DNA from: Verrucomicrobiales bacterium
GTDB lineage: Bacteria > Verrucomicrobiota > Verrucomicrobiia > Verrucomicrobiales > V1-33
DNA: 59,196 nt
Assembly (NCBI GenBank): GCA_044239025.1
Contig: JBIICE010000001.1
Span: forward strand, 1 to 59,196
Direction of reading: 5' to 3'
The notes under the pieces were generated by a model. That model made no database searches, had not been told where the DNA came from, and saw only the letters and a program-made list of their open reading frames with translations. Below, piece after piece: positions 30,163 to 37,977 of this stretch. A program made the translations under genes and the position numbers. The number at the start of each line of letters is the position of its first letter. The stretch's first letter is position 1.

Positions 30163-31551
30163 ATGCTCACGTCACTCCGCATCCAAAACTTCAAAGCCTG
30201 GAAAGACACGGGGTCCGTACGTCTTGCGCCGCTTACGGTGATTTTCGGAGCGAACAGTGCGGGCAAAAGCAGCTTGGGGCACCTGATGCTGGCGCTCAAG
30301 CAGACAGCGCAGGCAACGGATCGCCGCCGTGCGCTTCATCTGGGGGATGAAAAATCACTGATTGACCTCGGCACCTTCGAGGACTGCCTCCACGGTCACC
30401 ATACGAAGAATCCGCTGGAATTTGAATTGAAGTGGCGACCACCCGGAGGGTTTCACACCAAGGACCCACTCTCCCGGACCACGTACCGGGGAGACACGCT
30501 CACCCTGCTTTCGAGTCTGGAGGCGGACAACACATCACAGCCCCAGGTTTCCCGCATACACTATGCCGTCACAGAGGACGAGGGATGCAGACTGGGAGTG
30601 GAATTTCACCGTTCTGCGAAGGGCGATTTCTCGCTGAAATCTGACCAGTACAAATTCGTCAAGACCCCGGGACGGCAATGGCCTCTGGACGCGCCGGAGA
30701 AATTCTACCGGATTTCCGACACCAGCCGTGCGAGGTTTCAGAATGCAGGATTTCTGGCGGACTTGGCGCTGGCCACCGAGGACCTGCTGAATCACTTCTA
30801 CTATCTTGGCCCGCTGCGTGACCATCCGCGCCGTACCTATCAGTGGTCCGGCGACACGCCGGAAGATGTTGGAGCGAAAGGAGAGTTGACCGTGCCCGCC
30901 ATCCTTGCCGCCGATGCTCAGAACCGAAAGCTCAATCGGGGGCCGAAGCAGAGGCTGCAAACCTTCCAAGCCTTCATCGCTGCCTGGCTCAAGGATCTCG
31001 GAGTGATTCACGATTTCACGGTGAAGCAGATCGCCAGCGGGAGGAAAGAATACGAGGTTCTGATCAAGTCCAGTTCCAGCGCACCGGAAGTGAAGATCAC
31101 GGACGTGGGCTTCGGGGTTTCCCAGGTCCTGCCGGCCCTCGTGCTGCCGTTCTACTGCCCGGCGAATTCGATTGTCTGGATGGAGCAGCCGGAGATCCAT
31201 CTCCACCCACAGGTTCAGGCGGAACTGGCGGACGTATTCATCTGTGCTGTCAAGGCACGGGAGAACAATCATGAACGCAATGTTCAGCTCATCGTCGAAA
31301 GTCATTCCGAGCATTTCCTGAATCGCCTGCAACGCCGCCTTGCCGAAGGGGTCCTGACCCCCGATGACGTGGCGGTTTATTTCTGCAGAAAAAACACAAG
31401 GGGCGGCACTGATTTGGAACCGCTGAGGGTCAATGTGTTTGGTGATATTGAAAACTGGCCGGAGAATTTCTTTGGCGATGAAATGGCGGATCTGACCGCC
31501 CGCACTGTCGCTGCGGCGAAAAAGCGCAGGGACCAGATCCGGAAATCATGA
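30163..31551 (+). CDS. ABC/AAA_21-type (SMC-like) ATPase with a DUF3696-like C-terminus
   Basis: MLTSLRIQNFKAWKD..., Walker A FGANSAGKSS, Walker B/D-loop VWMEQPEIHLHPQ, H-loop IVESHSEHF, and tail FGDIENWPENFFGDE. The ATG is at 30163; the track uses an upstream TTG at 30145. Its stop overlaps the next start (ATGA at 31548-31551). Confidence 0.85.
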   Translation: MLTSLRIQNFKAWKDTGSVRLAPLTVIFGANSAGKSSLGHLMLALKQTAQATDRRRALHLGDEKSLIDLGTFEDCLHGHHTKNPLEFELKWRPPGGFHTKDPLSRTTYRGDTLTLLSSLEADNTSQPQVSRIHYAVTEDEGCRLGVEFHRSAKGDFSLKSDQYKFVKTPGRQWPLDAPEKFYRISDTSRARFQNAGFLADLALATEDLLNHFYYLGPLRDHPRRTYQWSGDTPEDVGAKGELTVPAILAADAQNRKLNRGPKQRLQTFQAFIAAWLKDLGVIHDFTVKQIASGRKEYEVLIKSSSSAPEVKITDVGFGVSQVLPALVLPFYCPANSIVWMEQPEIHLHPQVQAELADVFICAVKARENNHERNVQLIVESHSEHFLNRLQRRLAEGVLTPDDVAVYFCRKNTRGGTDLEPLRVNVFGDIENWPENFFGDEMADLTARTVAAAKKRRDQIRKS

Positions 31552-32054
31552 CTGCCATCATTGATACCAATGTGGTCCTCGTGGCCAATGGGCAGCATCC
31601 GGACGTCTCTCCTGAATGCATGGCTGCGTGCGCACGGCGGCTTGAGGCCATCATGAAGACTGGGAGAATCGCCGTCGATGACGGGTATGAAGTCCTCAGG
31701 GAATATCAGCATAAGACACAACCAAAGGCGGGCAACAGGCCCGGCGACGCCTTTGTGAAGTGGGCTCTCCGGAACCATGCCACGGCTGCGAAATGTGATC
31801 GGGTACCGATCACGGAACATGCCGACCGCGGATATGAGGAGTTCCCTGAGGACGCTCGTTTGGCGGATTTTGACGCCCCGGACCGCAAGTTTGTCGCTGT
31901 TGCTGCCGCCCATGCGGATCGTCCGCCGATTCTGCAGGCCGCCGACTCCAAATGGCTCGACTGGCAGGACGCTTTGAAGGAACACGGAATCACGGTCGAG
32001 TTGCTCTGCCCTCAGGACATCCGGCGTTTTCATGCGAATAAGTTCGGCCCATGA
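31548..32054 (+). CDS. PIN-domain-like nuclease
   Basis: 168 aa with a PIN-type acidic pattern: AIIDTNVVLVANG, an E in the RRLEAIMKTG/YEVLREY region, DRKFVAVAAAHADRPPILQAADSKW. ATGA overlaps join it to both neighbours. Confidence 0.7.
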   Translation: MTAIIDTNVVLVANGQHPDVSPECMAACARRLEAIMKTGRIAVDDGYEVLREYQHKTQPKAGNRPGDAFVKWALRNHATAAKCDRVPITEHADRGYEEFPEDARLADFDAPDRKFVAVAAAHADRPPILQAADSKWLDWQDALKEHGITVELLCPQDIRRFHANKFGP

Positions 32055-32761
32055 GCAGCTTCTTCCGCTTCCCGCATACTCCGCACCTTGAATGGCTCGG
32101 GGAGGGCTCGCCGCGCGACGACAAGGTGCTGTCGCCAGCTGAAGCAAAGGACTTGCTCGCCGGCGAGGTGGTGGTCGAGGAGAAGCTCGATGGTGCCAAT
32201 GTGGGATTTTCCATCGGATCCGATGGTGGTGTCCGTGTGCAGAACCGGGGCCAGTATCTGGAGGAGCCGTTCCATGGGCAGTTCTCGCGTCTGACTCCTT
32301 GGCTGGCGCAGCATCGGGAGACGCTTGAGGCCTTGTTGACGCTTGGGCTCATTCTGTTTGGCGAGTGGTGCGCCGCAAAGCACTCAGTGGCTTACCGGAG
32401 TCTGCCTGACTGGTTTCTGGGGTTCGATGTTTATGATCGGGCGGAGGGAAGGTTCTGGAGCACCCGGCGCCGCAATGATCTTCTGGGGTCGCTGGGATTC
32501 GCAGCGGTGCCTTGCCGATTCCGTGGCCATGCCGACTTGCCTCTGCTGACCGAATTGCTGCGCACAGAGGCAAGCCAATATGATTCCGGCCCGATGGAGG
32601 GTGTAGTCATCCGAAGCGAGGATTCCAGTTGGCTTCTCAGGCGGGCCAAGCTGGTCCGAGCGGATTTCACACAGTCAATCGCCGAACACTGGTCGCGACG
32701 AAGTATCGAGTGGAATCGGGTATCGCCCGAAATCAACGCACCCCTTCTTCATGAAAACTGA
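32051..32761 (+). CDS. ATP-dependent RNA ligase family protein (Rnl2/DRB0094-type nucleotidyltransferase)
   Basis: Motif I EEKLDGANVG (KxDG lysine), ILFGEW (motif III/IIIa), FLGFDVY (motif IV), EGVVIRS...RRAKLVR (motif V). N-terminal FPHTPHL. Confidence 0.78.
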   Translation: MSSFFRFPHTPHLEWLGEGSPRDDKVLSPAEAKDLLAGEVVVEEKLDGANVGFSIGSDGGVRVQNRGQYLEEPFHGQFSRLTPWLAQHRETLEALLTLGLILFGEWCAAKHSVAYRSLPDWFLGFDVYDRAEGRFWSTRRRNDLLGSLGFAAVPCRFRGHADLPLLTELLRTEASQYDSGPMEGVVIRSEDSSWLLRRAKLVRADFTQSIAEHWSRRSIEWNRVSPEINAPLLHEN

Positions 32762-33149
32762 TAGGGATGCAGGGCATTCCTTCATCATCCGCGAGGACAG
32801 CCAGAAGGCAGCCTGGCATCACGGTTTCCGCCGGGAACTGGGCGAGTCGGATGGTTGGGCGGCGTTCGAGTCCACGACGGCGCAGGGAACAATCTGGCTC
32901 GCAGCGGATGCTCCCCATGGGCCTTGGTATCTGGCCATCGATCATCGCGGGGCACATGATTGCTTCCCATTCCGCGTTGGTCGTGACGAGACCCAGCTGT
33001 GCAACTGTATCGACTGTTCTCTTGTTGAGCCCACGTGTTCCCAGTTCCAGCTTCGGTTGCTCCAAATCGAGGCGGGACCTGTCTGCGTGGCGGATGAGGC
33101 CAGATTGTCTGAACTCTGGGAAAAGGCCGGACTTCGCCACGCTGAATAA
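32751..33149 (+). CDS. Hypothetical protein, possible fourth gene of the islet operon
   Basis: A 132-aa ORF whose ATG overlaps the ligase stop by 11 nt. Its codon third-position bias resembles the three upstream genes. It contains a Cys cluster (LCNCIDCSLVEPTC). No family recognised. An antisense ORF (32733-33140) is an alternative that I consider less likely. Confidence 0.45.
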   Translation: MKTDRDAGHSFIIREDSQKAAWHHGFRRELGESDGWAAFESTTAQGTIWLAADAPHGPWYLAIDHRGAHDCFPFRVGRDETQLCNCIDCSLVEPTCSQFQLRLLQIEAGPVCVADEARLSELWEKAGLRHAE

Positions 33150-33172
33150 ATGCCTCGTGAATCGAGAATTTT

Positions 33173-33274
33173 ATGGAAATCCAACCTGACAAGCAGAACA
33201 TCGACCGCCTGTTTTCCACCACGGTCTACTACATCGACTTCTACCAACGCGACTACCCCCGTGTGTCAGGATAG
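33173..33274 (+). pseudogene. 5' stub of a DUF262 (GmrSD/ParB-nuclease-like) gene, truncated by IS insertion
   Basis: MEIQPDKQNIDRLFSTTVYYIDFYQRDY matches the remembered DUF262 N-terminal signature (..YYIDFYQR.YKW). It then reads PRVSG* as it enters the IS inverted repeat at 33264. Confidence 0.6.
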
Positions 33275-33627
33275 TTGTCCATGCTGCGCAGTTGTGATTC
33301 CAAATCGGGTGTGCTGCTGCTGCGGCTGACCAGACCCAATCCCATGAACCCCATTCCACCTGAACGCCGGGAGGCCATTCTTGGCCGCCTCAGCTGGCCG
33401 GCACGTGAACCTGTCGCCCGGGTTGCTGCCCAGGAGGGCATTAGTTCCGCAACCCTCTACCTGTGGCGCAGGAAGGCCCTTCGGTCCGGGGCTCTGCTGC
33501 CGGACCATGACGAGGCTCCCGAGGGCTGGTCCGCGGTGTGATCCGCTACTCTCAATCCAGTCTCTCCGCGCACCGTCGAATCAATCGCCAAACGCGCCGC
33601 ATGATCCATTGGGGAACTACCCTGACA
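33264..33627 (+). mobile_element. Internally deleted IS3-family-like element (about 364 bp) with terminal inverted repeats
   Basis: Left end gTGTCAGGATAGTTGTCC (33263-33280) versus the reverse complement of the right end GGGGAACTACCCTGACAg (33611-33628). 14 of 18 positions match, with TG...CA termini. The interior holds only a truncated HTH transposase OrfA. Confidence 0.65.
33344..33541 (+). pseudogene. Truncated IS3-type transposase OrfA (HTH_Tnp_1-like)
   Basis: MNPIPPERREAILGRLSWPAREPVARVAAQEGISSATLYLWRRKALRSGALLPDHDEAPEGWSAV*. The HTH and the ISxxTLYxWRRK motif are present. The rest of OrfA and all of OrfB are missing. Confidence 0.65.
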
Positions 33628-33685
33628 GCTATCGATAGAACGACTGGACGAGGGTTTGCCGGTGGGCGGGGTTGGGAGGCGGGGG

Positions 33686-35680
33686 TCAGGGGAGTTTTGA
33701 TGTGAAGGAGTGGCCACCGGCGGTGACGGAGAGGGTGCCGGATTTCCAGCCGAGTTGGACGGGGGACTGAGGGCCGCCCCAGAGGTCGCGGTGCTGGTTC
33801 CATGCGTGTTCCTTGCCATCGCGGAGGATGGCGGGAAGGGCGTCGGGATTTGGGGTGATAGCGACCGAGGTTCCCGAGTTGGCGTGGAAGACGAAGGTAT
33901 GATTGGCCGTTTTTTCGAGTCGCGAACGGGAAGTGCAGGCGCGGCGGAACGCGTCGAACGAGCCATGGGTTTCCGGTTCACCGATTTCCATGGCGAGGGC
34001 GCAGGGGGAGTTGCCTTCGGCCGGGAAGGTCCACACCTGAGCGTCCGGGAAGCGGGGAGTTTCGCCTTCTTTCCGGGGGCCGCAGGCCTTTGCGGTCAGT
34101 TCCGGGTTCAGGCTGCCGGTGCCGACGTGGAAGCGGTGCAGAGCGATCCATGTTTTTTCGAACTCGAGGAAAGAGATGTTATCCGAGTGCGAGAGCGAGA
34201 CTGCTTTGGGCAGGAAGAAATGGAATTCGGGCGGCTTGGCGGTGCTGGTCCAGACGAGGGCAGGGCCATGCTGGGCGAGGTGGTCATGGCCACTGGAGGC
34301 GGTGGCATGGCTATGATTCCATGAGCGGCCCGTGAAGCAGATGAGGGTATCCGCTCCGTGGCTCTGGTTTTCCGCAAGGATCCGGAAGCCATTGAGGTTC
34401 ATGCCTGGGGCATCGGCGTGACCGCGTGGCAGCGAGCCCATTTGGCTGTGATGACCGATCCAGGTGGTTTCGTGGTAGGCGGGATTCTGCTCGCCGCCGG
34501 GTTGCTGCCAGCCCGTGTAGGACGGTTTTGCCGCGAAGATTTCCGCGGGGCGGGGAAACTGCCGTCGGGCCACGGCGACGACCGCAGCCGGCGGGCGGTA
34601 GGCGCTGGCCATGACGTGCACGAAATCGCGGTATGGTTCGCGCGCTGGTTCCGAGAGTTCCCCGAAGTAGTGCCAGAATTCTCCGGCGGCACCGGCATGC
34701 GGTCCGATGTTCCCATAATCGCGGAGGCCCGGGCCGGCCCACGAGCCACGGAAGTACTTGAGGGCCGCGGCGGTGCAGATGTGATCGAGCATGGCCTTGG
34801 CGAGCGCGCGGACATTCCGTTCCCTTGCGAAATCGTAGAGCGGCAGCCATGCCGTGAGCGCGTGATTCAGGTAGTTGGGGCTATCCCATTCCGGCATGCC
34901 CGTCAGGTAGAGAGCCTCCGCGTAGGCGCGGATGCGCTGCAGGGAAGCGGCGGCGGTCTCCTTGTTTCCGGTTTCCATGGCCATGAGATAAATGGCCTGT
35001 TCGCGCATGGCGCGGAGGTTGTCCGTTCCGCGGATATCGACCCATGAATTGTGGTACTCCGGCGTCCATCCTTCGCCGCCCATGCCCTTGGCCTTGCGGT
35101 CCTCCGGCCGGATCCAGAAGGGATTCGCCCGGCCGAGGGGATCGGACGACGTCCATGCCGCCGCGGAATCCTTCATTTTCTGGCGATAGGCCGGGTCGAG
35201 AAGTGCGCCGAACTGGAAGTACTTGCGCGTCTGCGACCGGATGGTGAACGACGGGAACCAGTCGACCCCCATGGTCAGCTGGCGGCTCCACTGGGCGTCG
35301 TCGTCAGCCTGCAGAAAGGCGAGTGCCTCCTTCGTCTGTCCCTTGAGCAGGCCGATGAAGGCATTGGGGTAGCTGGACTTCTCGTTTTCGAAGAAAGTGC
35401 CACCGTAACGGCCAGGAGCGATCTGCGAAGCGCGGAGGCTTGCATTGGTTCGCTCCACGAATTCCGCTTCCCATGCCTCTGGCCATGCATTCCGGAGGTC
35501 GGCTGGGATTTCGGGATGACGGAAGACCACATGGCCGCGGGCATCGGTTTCGAACGGGGGAATGGCAGAGCAGAGCCTGGGAAAGAAGACCGCGAGGCCG
35601 AGCAGAAGTGCGATCCAGGGACGCAAGGGGTGCATGGGATGCGGGGAAGTCAGGGAAGTCAGGGAAGTCAGGGAAGTCAT
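33686..35680 (-). CDS. Secreted hypothetical protein (large alpha-rich, PVC-type)
   Basis: A 664-aa ORF with the signal peptide MHPLRPWIALLLGLAVFFPRLCSA. The start is either ATG 35680 (ATGA overlap with the upstream stop, adding MTSLTSLTSLTSPHP) or ATG 35635. No family recognised with confidence. Confidence 0.75.
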   Translation of the reverse strand: MTSLTSLTSLTSPHPMHPLRPWIALLLGLAVFFPRLCSAIPPFETDARGHVVFRHPEIPADLRNAWPEAWEAEFVERTNASLRASQIAPGRYGGTFFENEKSSYPNAFIGLLKGQTKEALAFLQADDDAQWSRQLTMGVDWFPSFTIRSQTRKYFQFGALLDPAYRQKMKDSAAAWTSSDPLGRANPFWIRPEDRKAKGMGGEGWTPEYHNSWVDIRGTDNLRAMREQAIYLMAMETGNKETAAASLQRIRAYAEALYLTGMPEWDSPNYLNHALTAWLPLYDFARERNVRALAKAMLDHICTAAALKYFRGSWAGPGLRDYGNIGPHAGAAGEFWHYFGELSEPAREPYRDFVHVMASAYRPPAAVVAVARRQFPRPAEIFAAKPSYTGWQQPGGEQNPAYHETTWIGHHSQMGSLPRGHADAPGMNLNGFRILAENQSHGADTLICFTGRSWNHSHATASSGHDHLAQHGPALVWTSTAKPPEFHFFLPKAVSLSHSDNISFLEFEKTWIALHRFHVGTGSLNPELTAKACGPRKEGETPRFPDAQVWTFPAEGNSPCALAMEIGEPETHGSFDAFRRACTSRSRLEKTANHTFVFHANSGTSVAITPNPDALPAILRDGKEHAWNQHRDLWGGPQSPVQLGWKSGTLSVTAGGHSFTSKLP
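35644..35679. repeat. 9-bp tandem repeat GGGAAGTCA, 4 perfect copies
   Basis: The four copies are at 35644-35652, 35653-35661, 35662-35670 and 35671-35679. On the minus strand they encode (TSL)x3-TS if the upstream start is used. Confidence 0.95.
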
Positions 35681-37977
35681 CGGGTTCCGGGAGTCAGGTC
35701 GATCTGGTGGGGATTGGATTCCCTGTTTCCGGCGGCGTCGGTGGCCTCGGCCGTGAGCGCAGCATAGGCGGTTAGGGAGAGTTCCCAGTCAGCGACGCCG
35801 TGCTGTTGGCTGGTGATGGTGGCGGGGGTTCCATTGACCGAGATGGAAGCGATGGATTCATTGTCGTGCGAGACACCGCGGACGGTGAGTTTTCCTTCGC
35901 TGCGGTGGATCTCGGTGATCATGGTGGCGGGCGGGAGGTCGTCTGCCGGGCTGAGCAATTCCGGGAATTCGTAGTTCAGGGTGCGCGACGCGACGACGTC
36001 CGGGCCAGTGAAACCATCCATGGGAGCGTAGCCGCGTTTGGCGAGCTGATCCGGAAAGTGACGGCTGACCACTTCGATGGTTTGGCCGCCCGTGGCCTTG
36101 CCGGGATGGAAGATGTAGACGACCGGGTGATCGCGGGTTTCGCTGCGGGGGCCGCCGCCGAGGTCGACGATCTGCGATTCCGATCGGCAGTTTTCGATGA
36201 CGAGGCCGCGGAAATGGCCCGTGACGGTTTCCGGGGCCGTGCAGGCCAGCTGGATGAGGGGGTCGCGTCCCGTGCGGCAATTGCGCAGCGTGACATCATC
36301 CATGGTGAAGTTCCCGTACTGGATGCTTTCATCGTCGTGGCCGCGGTTGATGGGTTCGCTTTCGACCGTGTCGAGGGTGATGTGGCGGTAGACGTGCGCG
36401 TCGTAATCCGGGTGGTAGATGCCGTAGACCGCGCGCTGCACGTGGAGTCCGTCGCAGAGGAAGAAGCGGAGATTCGGACGGAGCGAGTAATGGGTTTCCC
36501 ATGCGCGCAGCTGACGGACGATGAAGGGATGGTGGTGGTCTCCGCTGGTGTGGCGACCCTCGTCGTCGCCCAGATTGAAGCTGTAGAGGCCTTCGGTGTG
36601 CGATTCATTGGCCTCGAAGCGCAGGAAGGGAAGGCGGCGCACGTCCGTGTCCTGCAGCATTCCGTCCGGCTGCGGCAGCGACAGGACCGGGCTGAAGCCA
36701 CTCGACTGGCGGACCTCGAAACGGAAGCCATAGCGGTCATTTTCGCAGGCGACATTCCGGGTGAAGGCATTGCGGCCATTGGCCCACCAGAAGCCCGCTC
36801 CGTCATTGGGATCGAAGGGGAGGGCCTGCTTCGGGAGGCGCGGGGCTGCGGTCGCCTGGACAGCGAGATTGCGGTCGAGGAGATTCCATTGTTCCGTGGC
36901 GTCCTCGAGGAAGAAGCCATGGCCTTTGGACTGATAACCGACGCAGTCGCGCACGAGAAGGTGGTCCGTGCCGTGGATCGTGATCCAGCGGTTATGGCTA
37001 TCCCAGATGCTGGCTCCGGTGACGCCGCTGCCGCGCATGGTGCTTCCGGCGAGGTGGAAATGGATCGCGTATTTGCCGAGAACACCCTTTTTTCCGAGGT
37101 GACGGAATTCGGCGTAGCTGATGCCACCGGCGGAATCGCGGTGGTACATGGTGTGGCCACGGATGCCATCGGGATCCGCGCTTTCGATGACGACATTGCG
37201 GCTGAGCAGGGCGGCCTCGCACTGACGGAAGGATTCGCCGAGGTGGTGATTTTCGAGGGGCCGGTCGAGTGTCAGGCGCTGCCCCTCGATGGCGGAAATG
37301 AGACGGCGTTCCGTGGCTCCGCCGGCTGCGGTTGCCTGCGCCTTCGTAAATTCCGGTTCGAGCGACCCAGTCACGATGATTTGCTGTCCGGGCCGCCAGC
37401 CGGTGGGTTCCGTTTCGAGCAGAATCTCCGTGGAACCTGGTTTGGCCGTGGCTGCCAGCTTGAGCCATGTGCGCGGCGTGGGACTGCCATGGACATCCCA
37501 GCGGCCGCCGCAGGCGACGATCGCGGGCAGGGTTTCGGGATTCATGCCCGGGAAATGGCGGAGGCGGATCCGCGCGGTGATTCCCGATGGGATGGGGCGA
37601 TCGCGCGATCCGATTTCGAGGGTCGGCAGCGTTTCGTCCCCGGCGGCATCCGGGGCCTCATCATGGCAATCGAAGCCATCTTCCGAGCATTGTTCGCCCG
37701 GGGAAATGCGGATGAGTCCAGCGGTCATCAGCGTGCTGCGGTCGCGTGCGAACGTGAGCGAGCCCGCCACGTGAACGACCCGGTAGGCGTCGGTGGAATC
37801 CATGTCGTAGACCACCGCATGCCCCTTGCGGATCTGGACCGACTGACCGTCGCGGGGAGGATTTCCATTCCATGTGGCTGGGTCCGACCATGGGCCGCTG
37901 CGGGCTGAGGCGGTGTCGAAGGCGACTGGATCGGCGTGGACGATCGAGGCTACCGCGAAAAAAAGCAGGGCGCGCAT
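35677..37977 (-). CDS. G8 domain / right-handed beta-helix secreted protein
   Basis: Signal MRALLFFAVASIVHA, then a G8-like start (SGPWSDPATWNGNPPRDGQSVQIRKGHAVVYD). The body is parallel beta-helix style. The start is set at ATG 37977; the track ORF starts at 38019. Confidence 0.8.
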   Translation of the reverse strand: MRALLFFAVASIVHADPVAFDTASARSGPWSDPATWNGNPPRDGQSVQIRKGHAVVYDMDSTDAYRVVHVAGSLTFARDRSTLMTAGLIRISPGEQCSEDGFDCHDEAPDAAGDETLPTLEIGSRDRPIPSGITARIRLRHFPGMNPETLPAIVACGGRWDVHGSPTPRTWLKLAATAKPGSTEILLETEPTGWRPGQQIIVTGSLEPEFTKAQATAAGGATERRLISAIEGQRLTLDRPLENHHLGESFRQCEAALLSRNVVIESADPDGIRGHTMYHRDSAGGISYAEFRHLGKKGVLGKYAIHFHLAGSTMRGSGVTGASIWDSHNRWITIHGTDHLLVRDCVGYQSKGHGFFLEDATEQWNLLDRNLAVQATAAPRLPKQALPFDPNDGAGFWWANGRNAFTRNVACENDRYGFRFEVRQSSGFSPVLSLPQPDGMLQDTDVRRLPFLRFEANESHTEGLYSFNLGDDEGRHTSGDHHHPFIVRQLRAWETHYSLRPNLRFFLCDGLHVQRAVYGIYHPDYDAHVYRHITLDTVESEPINRGHDDESIQYGNFTMDDVTLRNCRTGRDPLIQLACTAPETVTGHFRGLVIENCRSESQIVDLGGGPRSETRDHPVVYIFHPGKATGGQTIEVVSRHFPDQLAKRGYAPMDGFTGPDVVASRTLNYEFPELLSPADDLPPATMITEIHRSEGKLTVRGVSHDNESIASISVNGTPATITSQQHGVADWELSLTAYAALTAEATDAAGNRESNPHQIDLTPGTR

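Noticed and set aside
33554-33656. Possible attR: aatccagtctctccgcgca (33554-33573) and cgagggtt (33649-33656) resemble parts of the tRNA-Ser 3' half
   Set aside because: The similarity is limited to short, gapped or 8-nt matches that do not extend. The first lies inside the IS remnant. This is not enough to call a direct repeat without a statistical alignment.
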